A stretch of 64,000 nucleotides of DNA. It comes from a virus. Its lineage: Duplodnaviria; Caudoviricetes. The notes below the pieces were generated by a model. That model was not told the origin of the DNA. It ran no database searches and saw only the letters and a list, made by a program, of their open reading frames with translations. The stretch covers positions 32,001 through 96,000 of the IMG/VR virus record IMGVR_UViG_3300010282_000004, one strand, 5' to 3'. Below are positions 10,501 to 22,500 of the stretch, piece by piece. The translations under genes were made by a program, and so were the position numbers. Each line of letters begins with the position of its first letter. Positions within the stretch are counted from its first letter, which is position 1.

Positions 10501-13500
10501 AAACAGTATGGTGTAGATAGTGAGAAATCAAAAAATGATCAAGAAATCATACAGGGAATACTTGATTCTACATATGATGAAGATCAGTTTGACTTGGATA
10601 ATGTAAGACGTTCTACACCAACTTATATTGCTTATGAAAAAAGAAAACTTGATTTACAAAAAGATATTGACACGTTAAAAGACGAGAAGTCTAAGGCCGG
10701 AGTTAAACGTGAAAAGAAAACTGATACTGCTCTTTCAGATTTGATTCGCCAAAAAGAAAATGTTGAAAAAGAACTTGAGCGAATGAAGGATGGATTTTCC
10801 CAAAAAGAAGTTAACAATTTAGAAATACTTTATAATTATGTTCGTTCTATTTACTCTCCAAAATCCGGCATTATAAATGCGACACTTGACGGAATTATTG
10901 GTGATGAAGACGATATTAAAGCTATTAAAGAAAAGGCAAACTTCTTTGAAAATCAGTTTAGGTTGTATAGTCCACAAAATATGAAGCAAAGGTATGAATC
11001 TTCTGATGAGTTGAAGGGACAATTCAAATCTTATAAGGAATACTCTAAGCACATGTTAAAAGAGTTAAATAAAGATCGTGGTACAAAATACAAATCGACA
11101 GGTGATTACTTAAAAGATCTTTATACTCAAATTAAAAGTGATGCTGAATTTGTGGCTGGAAGTTATAAATATAATAATCATGGTAAAAATCCTGATAATG
11201 TTATACGTGGATTACGCTCTCAACTTACAACACTTGAGAATAACTTACATGACTTACAAACAAGAAATGTTACACACGGAGAAGCCCATGATAAGGAGAT
11301 ACAAGAACTTGAATCTAAGATTCAAGAAAAACGTGATGAGTTAAGAGAGTATGAAGAAGGTTATGAGCAATATAGTATACAAGCAAAAGAAAAAGAAATA
11401 GCAGATTTAAATCAAAGAATAAACAATGAAAAAACTGCTAGAGCAATAAATGTTTCTAGTTCAGGCGAGCAAGATGCACAAAAAGCAATAAATAACAAAC
11501 GAAGAGAATTAAAAAGATTAGAGGCAAAAGAAAAATCTATTGGTCTTGCAGATCCAATGTACTTGAAAGCCGTAGAAGAAAATGAAAAACGCAAGGAAAA
11601 ACGTGAAGAAGAAGAAAATCGCCATGCTCATATGACTGAAGAAGAGAAAAAACTTACAAATGATTTGTATGAAGCTAATGGTAAACTTATCAATATGTTA
11701 AAAGATAAGGATAAGTATACAGAGAAACAGATAGACGATCAAAAGAAAATTATACGAGGTCTTGAAGAACAAGTAGAACTTAGTGAACGACTTGAACTCT
11801 ACGAAAGAGGCCAGTATAATAATGCAAGACTTAAATCTCAATATAGACCTAAACAAAAACTCTCCTCTTCTACTGACGAGCCTTTTATAGATATAGATCC
11901 TACTATCCCAGCAACAGAAAAAACGTTAGTTGAGATAAGGGATATATTGTACAAAACTATCGGCAAAAACCTTAGTCGTCCAAAACAGAAAACTGAAGAT
12001 GAAAGAGAACATAGCGAATTCTTTAAAAAATATGGTGTCGAATATAATAAATACTTAATTGATAAAGTTGCTAAAGATCTTGGTCTTATGAGTGAAACCT
12101 ATAAAAATGGTGTTAAGGTAAAATACATTGATAAAGACGATAGAGAAACTGTAAATCTTGAATATGCAAGACGTATTAAGGAAAGAAATAAAGAAATAGA
12201 TAAAATTGCTGAAGAGCTTGGTTTATTTAAGAAGAATAAGGCTGGTGAGAAATACCTTACTAGTGAAGGTCGTAGACGTGCAATTGTAGAAATGGAGAAT
12301 CGTTCTCCTGGTTCTTCTATGTATCAACGGCATACTATTGATTCTTGGAGAAAAGAATTCGAGAAAGACCCTACTTATAAAATTGGGCAGATTAAGGACG
12401 CAAGAGATTTAATAAAAACAATTTTATTAGAAGACGCTAAGGGTAATGATGTATCTAAATTGTTTAGTGATTTGATGACTAAGTTTGGCGACCAAATTGG
12501 AGTTAAAAAAGAAGTCGAAGACAAAGATTCTTTAACAAATCAGATAAAAGACATAATGATTAAGATGCTTGAGGCCGATTCAAAAGGAGAAGACACTTCA
12601 GAATTATTTAAAGAATTGCTTAAAAAGCAAGAAGAGGTAAATAGTCTAAAGGTAGAAAGTAATAAAGATGGTGAGCAGTCTGATTCAACTGCTCAGACAG
12701 AAGTTAAGCCAGACCTTAAAGAAGAAATTAAGGGATTACTTCAGCAGTTCTTTTTAAAGGATGCTCTTGGCGAAGATACTTCTGATTTATTCAAACAACT
12801 TTTACAAAAGGCTGATTCAGTTTTAGGTAACGAAGAAAGTGTACTATCAAAGGCAATTAAGTCTGCTACAAAATCTAACAAGGTTGGAGAATTAGACACT
12901 GAACTTTATAAAGAAATAGCTAAAAGAAATGGTTGGTATTATGAGAATACATTAGAGGACGGTACTGTTAAAAGTGGTGTAAAGTCTGATTTCAGAAAGT
13001 ATGTTTATGGCCAGATGGAAATCGAGAAGGCAGGATCGAGTGGCTATTCAGACGAAGTAGTTAAAGAAAACGTTAAGGAATATTTGATGTATCTTCTTGC
13101 AAAAGGTCGTGATGGAGCTTTAACAAAAGCAGGTACTACTCGTGCCTCATCAAAGAAAGAGCTTGAAAAAGAATTGGTAAATATCAAACCTGGTTTTGAA
13201 GGACTTACCGAAGAGCAATTAACTCGTGTTAATTCTATACTAGGAGATACTGCTACTACTCTATCTCAGGTTGCACAGTCTTCGGAACAAGTCGCAAGTG
13301 CTCAGTCTAATCTTAGCGAAGAAGAAAAATTAAGATTAAGAGCGGAGGAACAACAACAGGCTGATTTAGATAAATTTGGAAATAATAATGCTGCTGCTGG
13401 ATCTTTAGAGAATCAGACAAATGTAACCGATGCTTTGGTCGAATCTTCTCAGCAAGCTACTGCCGCTCTATCAGAACAAGATAATGCAAATAGGCAAGTA

Positions 13501-16500
13501 GCAGAATCTTCTCAGCAAGCCACTACTGCTCTATCAGAACAAACTGGTCAGCAAACACAAACTTCTTCCGAACAAACTGGTTCTGATATACCAAATGAAT
13601 TACCATTGCCTACTGGCGAAGTACTTGATTTTAAAAAGCTTCTTGAAGAATATAAGATGGCAGAGCCTATATTGGATAAATATGGGAAAAAAACTGTTGA
13701 GAAGTTTTATAATGGCGCATTGGCAGAAACCGATGATGAGAAAAAAGCATTTGAAGAAATTGCTAAAATTCCCAAGGAAGTTATAGCTACTTATCTTGAT
13801 ATGCACTCTCCTTCTAAAGTTATGGAAGTACTTGGATATAATACTATAGAAGGTTTTGCCAAAGGTATTGAGGAAAATGCAGATAGAGTTTCTGAGGCCA
13901 TGGCCTATGCTCTTCAGGAAGGTAAATTTACTCAGTCTGATATAAACGATTTATTAGGATCTTTAGATCGTAGAAAAAAATCAAACAAAATTGTTGGAGA
14001 TTTTATTGATTCTAAACGGTATGAATCTGATGAAATAAAACAATTATTACAGGCAGACATGACTGCATATGGAGAATTAAAGTCATCTATCTTATCTCAA
14101 ATTAAAGATAAGAATATGAATGATATTGCAAAAATAATAAGAGATGATACTGACTTCGTCAATAAAATTACAGATGCTGAAACTGCGTTAAAGAACATAA
14201 CAAATGGACAGGCAACATTTGAAAACGTATTTGCAGATATTTTTGGAAATAAATCTCATAAAACAGTTAGTGAAGCCTATACTACTGCTATTCGTAAAAT
14301 GACAGTTGGAACCGGGGAACTTAATGAGACTATTGCTAAAGTTGTAAACAACTTAGGTGATGTTGAAACTGCAAGTGAGGAAGCTTTTGATGTAAAACCT
14401 GTTAAAGAACAAATAAACGGTTTGAGAAGTGAACTTGGTAATGATTTAAATGTAAAAGAAAAAACTAGAAAAGCAAAAAAAGGAAATAAGAAGTCATATA
14501 AAATCGAAGGTGAAAATGGTACTGCTACTATTAGTGAAAGTGGAGAAGTATCTATCACAAAGAAAACTATAAATGATTTAGACAAGAAAAGACAGAATGA
14601 TAAAGATGAAAAAGAAAATGAAAGAAAAACAAAAGATGCAAAAAGGAAAGAGTTTGATGAAATTATTGATGCTGCAAAAGCAGTTGTAATTGCCGAAAGA
14701 GAAGTTGACTCTGCTTTTAATAAATTTAAAAAAGACAATAATGCATTCGCACCGATTCTTGCAGAAGCAAGGGTAAACCTTGACAAAAAGAAAGAAGAAC
14801 TAGCAAAATTTGATGTAGAAAAATTCTTGAAAGATAATTCTAAATATCTTACAAAGAAACAGATGAGTGCGTATGATAGTGCCATTAGAAAACAAAGAAC
14901 TTTAGAAGACACTAGACTTGCATCTCAACAGTCAGACTTTAATGCAACTGTAAATAAAAATCAGAAAAAGGCTGATGCCCAACATGCAGCTAGAGTGAAT
15001 GAGGATGCAGAAGAATTAAAATCACTGAAAACAAAAAGTCTTGATTATGAATACTTAATTCAAAAAGCGACTGGGGAAAAAGAGAAAAAAACTTTAAAGC
15101 GTCTTAAGGCTGATGTAGATTCAATATTTGAAACAAAATTTGCATCTTATGGAAAAGAAGTTATAAGTGTATATGATGATAAAATTAAGGATGTTGAATC
15201 TAGGCATATTGAAAGAATGGCTCTTGAAATTTCGAAGAATGATGATAAACTTGATAAATTAGGTAAAAAGAATAGTTCAGACAAGAGTGTTCAAAATGCT
15301 CGTGAATTATTAGACCTTCAGAAAGAAATTTATAGATACGAAATTATGCGAGATAAGGCCGGAGAAGGTTATGAAAAAGATGCATTAAATAAAATTTTAG
15401 CTCAAAAGAATGAACGGTTTTTAAAATTGTTTAGTAAGGCAGATAAGGCCACAGTTAAAGAGTTCAATAAAGGATATGGAAGTATATATGAAAAACATAA
15501 TAACGAACTATATCTATTATCTCAAAAGAATAAGGATAAGGAAGATATTAAACTTAGAAAAGAGGCTGAAGCTGATAATAGACAATTTGATAAAGACCGT
15601 GAGCATGAAATAAACGATGCAAAAAAGGTAAGGGAAAATGCCTATGTCAAAATTCTTAAAACAATGTTGCAAATATCAGACGCAACCAATCAGGATCAAG
15701 TTGATAATCTTAAACAGTTAATAGAACTTTACAAGAAAGATTTTAATGAAGCGTCAAATACTCTTATGAAATTAAGCACGGAAGTTTTTAATGAAAGTAA
15801 CGACAAATTAAGATTACTGAAATTAGAAACGAAAAACAAACGTGATCTTAAAATGCATAATATCCAGGAAAAAGCAGAAACAGAAAATAATCTAATAAAT
15901 AAGAAAAAGCTTGATGCTATTCAATCTGATGCTGATGAATTGTTGAAAGTTCAAGAAGAGATATATCAAACAGAAATACAAATTGAAAAGGCTCGTGGCG
16001 AAAATGAAAGAAATTATTACAAAAATCAATTAGATAACAAGAAACAAGAGTTGACCACTCTTCTGTCTCAGGCAAGTGATGAAACAAAGAATAAATTTGA
16101 AGAAGGTCTTGTTGAGTTAAAAAAGAAACATGAAGACAACCTTTCATTGATTACTGCGAAAATTCTTGATGATAGTGATGCTCGTGATAAAAAGGCACAA
16201 GAAGGAGCTGATAAAAGACAAGAAAAAATTTCTAAAGAACAGAAAAAATATATTACACAAAGAACAGAAAAAGGTCTTTGGATGGACTTCAATCATAGGA
16301 ATATTGAGAATGCTTATGCCGTAGGTGCTACTGCTACATTCAAGAATCAGAAGTCTGATACAATTTGGCAGGGTGAATTATTTAATAAAGAAGTAGATGA
16401 ATTAATATCTTCTGTTGAAGAAATTGTAAAGGCTGAAGAGGAATTAGACAAGGCGCAAAAAGAGTTTGATGAAAAAGGTGACGCATACGAGGGTAGACTT

Positions 16501-19500
16501 GATGTCGCTAAAGAAAAATTGTCTGCTGCAGTTGGAAAATATCGAGATTTAAATCCTGTTGAATTCTACGAAGGAAATAAGGATGCATTTTCTGATGACC
16601 AAATGTCAAGGTACACAAAGGTCATGGATAAATGGGAAAAGTTAAATTTAGATAGAGATACTAGAATTGCTCAAGAACGTGAAAAAGCGCAAAAGAAGTT
16701 TGAATCTGATGCTAAAAATACAATTTCTACTGCAGATAGAATGTATAAGACTATTAGTAATTTAGATGAATCTTACGGTATTACATCTGACGAAAATATT
16801 GCAGAATATAAAAAGAACATATATGATTCTTTGACTAACATAGGTAAAACTTTAAAAAAAGAATTATATAATACAGATGAGAACGATAATATTCTTAGTT
16901 TAAAAAATATAATAGATATTAACACATTAAGCAAAATAGATGAGTTAACATCAAAAGTACATACTCTTGGTGATGAGATTGAAAGAATTAACAAACAAGA
17001 AGAAATTGATTCTGAAATTAATTTGGCAAAATCTAATGTAGGTAATATGTTAAACAATCTTGGTCTTTATAATTCTGATGAATACAGAGGCCTTGTGCTG
17101 GATATAGTATCATATATCAATAATATAGACATGCTAAAACGAGACGATAACGGTTTGTTTGGTGATGTTGAAATAAATAATGCTAAAAATTATTTATCTG
17201 TTATAAAGAATATTGAAAAAGAAGCAAACAATATACCTCAACTCGCTAGTGAAATATCTAAAAGCAAAATATCTGCACAAATGTCAGATTATTTAAGAAA
17301 AAATACAAGAATTAATCCCATTAGACGTAATGAATTAGAATTATTAATGAACCAATTAGATTCAAAGTCTTTGGATCAGCAGGGGTTGAAAAATATTATT
17401 CAAAGATTTAATGAATTGAAAGTTCAAATTAACCAGGCAGGTGAAGCTGGCAAAGGCTTTGCTGCAATATTTAACACAAAAATGGTTCATATAATTTCAG
17501 CTCAGGTTGCCCAGATGTTCTCGTTTTATTCTATTTTAAATAGGATAAGAAGTGCTATTAATGTTATTGTAGATCTTGATAATGCATTAGTTGACTTGCA
17601 AAAGACAACTAAAATGAATACATCTGATTTAAATGACTTCTATTATGAAGCAAATAACATTTCAATTCGAATGGGTGTTACGACAAAAGAAATTATTGAA
17701 CAGGCAAGTGCTTGGTCAAGACTTGGTTACAATACAAAAGATGCAGCTGAACAGATGGCAGAATTGAATTCACAGTTTGCATCAATTTCTCCAGGAATGG
17801 ACATAAACACTGCTACTGACGGTCTCGTTTCATCTATGAAAGCGTTTAATATTGAGGTTGAAGATGTTGAGCGTAGAATCATGGACAATATTAATAGGGT
17901 TGGCAATACTGCTGCTACATCGAATCAGGAAATTGTTGATATGTTAACAAGATCTTCTGCTGCTATGGCAGCCGCTAATAACTCAATTGAAGAGACAATT
18001 GCTCTTGAAACAGCCGCAGTAGAAATTACAAGAAATGCTGAGACAACTGGTACTGCATTTAAAACTATTGCAATGCGTATTCGTGGTTACGATGAAGAAA
18101 CTGAAGAATTATCAGAAGACCTTGAAACAATATCTGGAGATATTGCTAGTCTTACAAAAATAAATGGCAAGGGTGGAATAAGTTTATTTACTGATGACAC
18201 AAAACAAACTTATAAATCCACATATCAAATTTTAAAAGAGATTTCTGAAATATACGATGATCTTACAGATAAACAACGTGCGGAATTACTTGAAAAACTT
18301 GCTGGTAAACGTGGCGGTCAGGTTGTAGCTGGTCTTTTAACTAATTTTGATGCAGTAGAAAAAGCTTTAAATGAAATGGATAATGCTGCAGGTTCATCTG
18401 ATGATGAAATGCGAATTATTGAAAAATCTATTTCATACAAAATAAATGCATTAAAAGAAACTTGGACTGGTGTTTTTCAGGATATTGTAGAGAGAGATGA
18501 TATTGGTAGTATTATAACTGCTCTCACATCTTTGTCATCTGCATTGGGTAATTTTATAAGATTACTTGACAATTTGAAATTTAAAATTGGAAATGTTACA
18601 GGCAATAACCCTCTAATTAATATGCTTGGATTGGGAAATGTTACAATTGGTGGAAATAATGCATTGGGTGGAATTCTTGGTCTTGGTGCTGGTGCTGCAT
18701 TGGGAACTAGAAACCTTGGTGTAATTAGAACATACAATGTTAGTAATGATGACGGTACTAGTAGTCTTAGGATTGGCACATGGTTAAATCAAAGAAAAAA
18801 TATAGTAAACAATTATGATAAAAAGATAAACAAAAACAAAAAGTTATTAGAAGAAGCAAAAGGTGTACTTCAACAACTTCAAGAATATTTTGGAGATTCT
18901 AACACATTAGAAAGAATAGAAAAATATAAAAAGGGTGTAGAAGATGTTGGGTCTGCATTTAATAATACTAGTGATGAATTAAAAAATTATGTTTTACAAC
19001 ATATAAGCTCTGATAATATTTTTGAAGATTTTATAAAAGAAACTGTTGATACAACAAACGCATTAGAGGAAGAAAAAACAGAAATTGTTAAAACATCTGG
19101 TGCAATGGATAAACTTGCCAAAACTGTTCGTGTAGGTCTTAATGCATTGGTTTCAATGGGCTTAGGAATGCTTATAGACACTGCTTTAGGATGGGTTCAA
19201 GAATATCTAAGTGCTGAAGAAACTATTCGTGAAAAAGCTCGTGATGCAGGCAAGGCTATAAGTGAAACATCTGAGTCCGTTGAGGATTATAAAAAGCAGA
19301 TAAATGATTTATATAAAGTTATTAAAGATAAAAGTTCAACAGACGATCAAGTAATAGAAGCAAGGACTACTCTTTTAGAATTACAAAATCAAATGATTGA
19401 AAAGTATGGCGATGAGACTTCTAAAATTGAATCTGTAACAAAAGCTACTCTTGGATATGTTGATGCTTTAGACCAGTTAACAACTGCACAATATTATGCT

Positions 19501-22500
19501 AGCAGAAATGATTTTGAAGCACTGACATTTGGTGAATGGGTAAATAATACTATCAATGCCTATTCTGGTAACATGGCTAGGATGAAAGATGAATTTCTTA
19601 AAACTCGCACAGAGGCCTTTTATCTTGACATTAGTAATGCTGATTTTAGCAAGTTTGATGAGAACATGATAAATGAGTTGAATAAAATAGGGGTTAAAGT
19701 TAAACTTGACACAAAACCTAATTTATTTCAAACGAAAACGCAAGGACTAAAAAAATATGGCATTGGTGTGAATAGAACATCTGGTTTAGCTGAACTTTCA
19801 GAATATACAAAGAATGCTAATCTTGTTGACTTTGATCCATTAACTCAATCGTTGAGTGCTTCAGATAGAATTGTTTTACAGTTTACTGGTGACGCAAGGC
19901 AATTAAATACTACAGTACTGCAAATGCAAGAAATATTCGGAGATATTGACGGCTTTGATGGTGCTATTAATCAGCTTGGTATTATGCAAAATGATTTAGA
20001 TGGTATTATTTCTTCATTTGAAAAAATGGCTGATGCATATGTATATGAAGAACTTATTATGAATAAAAATGACAAAATGGATCTTGAATCATTGCCAAAT
20101 AACATAACTAATGCAGTAAAAGAATATAATGAAGCCTTTAAAAATAATGATAAAAAGGCAATGGATCAGGCAACAATACATTATTTAGGATCAATAAAAA
20201 GTTCAGAAAAATACCTAAATGATCAAATTGCGAATGGGAAGATATCAGAAGAAGATGCACAAGCAGTAATGAATTACCTTGAAAATATGTATTCAAGTCA
20301 GATGCAAGGTGCAATAGACACATTAGAACTTCATTTAAAAGTTGTGGCTGATTTGTATCCAACTGTGTCAAAAGATTCTATTAAATCTTTAAAGGATAAT
20401 CTTAGTAGGGAAGATCTTATTTCTATATCTGACATGATTGATACATATGAGAATGATGGTCAAGATTTGCAAGAAGTTGTAAGTAATGCAATGGAATCTG
20501 CTCGTGCAAAGATTATAGAACAAGGGTTAAACCCTGAAGATATGGACAGTGCAACTCAGATTGCGCTTAATAAAGCAATTGATGATGCAGCATCTGAGCT
20601 TGGAATGACAACTGAAATGTTCCTTAGCACATATTATTCTGCAGAGAATGGTATCAATGGTCTTTTGCAATTCTGTAAGGAAAACGGATATGAACTAGAA
20701 CAATTACTTGATGAATTAGGATTTAAATCTCGTGAAGTTTCTGAAGAAGAAACTAATCTTACTTCAAATATTGCAGAGAAAGTTAATACCGCAAGAAAGA
20801 GTCTTGAGTCTTTATATGATTCCTTGGAAAAGTATAGAACTGGCAAACTTGTTGGTGGTGATTATCTTGACGTATTAGAAGATGTTCTTAAAGAGGACTC
20901 TGAATTCCTTGAAGGTGCTAACAATATTGGTGAAGCATTACAAAATGCAATTAATAAGAAACTTGAAGAAACAAGGGCATTAATTGTACAGAAAGCCCCT
21001 GAATTACTTGATGCATGGGATGAAGCAATTGACAAGGCGCAGTTTACCTCTAAGTTAAATGAGGCAAATACAGAACTTGATAAATTACAAGAAGGAATGA
21101 AAACACTCTCTTCTGCTTTTGACGAATATAATGAGAGCGGATTTATAACACTAGATACTCTCCAGTCTCTTATGGCAGAAAATGGTGAATACATTCAGAT
21201 GCTTACTATTGAGAATGGCCAATTAAAGATTAACGAAGAAGCTTATAAGAATATTATGGCTGCTAAATTAAATGATTTTAAAGCTACTCTTGATAAGGCT
21301 GCTGCTGCAGAGATTAATGCACTTGCAGAAGAAAATGCTGAAGGTAAAACAAGAAGTAACATTCAGGCATTAAACGAAGAGACAATTGCTTATAGTGAAA
21401 ATACTAGAGAGGCAATTAAGAATGCAACAAAAAAAGGTGTGTCAGAAGATGAAATCAATAATATCATAAATAAATATGACACAATTTGGGATACCGCATT
21501 AAAAGGATACAACAAAAACTTTAAACAGTTTTCTGGTCTTGCCAACTCTTCTGCTAAAGATGCTCAAACAAAGGCTAAAGAACTTCTTGATAATTATATT
21601 GCAGTTCAAGATGCATTACTTGATGCCGGGAAAATTTCATTTGCCGACTATTGTAAGAATGTCAAGGGCAAACTTGATGAAATGTATAATAGTGGGAAGA
21701 TATCTGCAAAAGATTATTTTGATAGTGTAAAGACTTTTCTTGAGAAACAACAATCTATTTATGATAAGATTCTTAATGCCGTAACAAGACGTTTCGATAA
21801 GGAAATCGAAGGTATTGATAAACAGATTACTGCTATTAACGAAGAGAATGATGCTCTTAACAAACAGAAAGACGAATATGATAAGATATTATCAGTGGTT
21901 CAGGAGGTTTATGATAAAGAAATTGAGTCTCTTCAGAATCAGCAAGAAGCTATTCAAGATAAGATTGACGCTCTTCAGAAAGCAAACGATGAAGAAGATC
22001 GTGCGCTTGCACTTGCAAATGCTAGATATGCTCTTGAGAAAGCACAACAACAGAGAACTAGATTAGTATACAATGGTGCCGAAGGTTTTGTATATCAGAC
22101 AGACCCTGAAGCAATTCGTGATGCTAAGAAAGAACTTAAAGATGTTGAACTTGAAAATACTATTTCTGCTCTTGAGGAAGAAAAGGAAGCATTAGATAAG
22201 AACATCGAGGCTCTTGAAGAATATAAAGAGAAATGGTCTGAAGTTAGTGGCACTTATGATAAGGAAGTTAATAGACAACTTGCTATTGCTCTTTGGGGTG
22301 AAAACTATGAACAGATGATTCTTCAGAATCGTGAGCAAGATATTCAAGATTTTACTGACAAGTATGTTGAACTTCAAAAGAAAGTTGATGATAATACTAG
22401 TTTAATTGAAAGTCTTGAAGAGAAGAAACAAGTGTACGAAGAACTCAAGAAAGAATGGCAAGACATTACAAGTGTATACGAACAGTCTATTGAAGATCAA

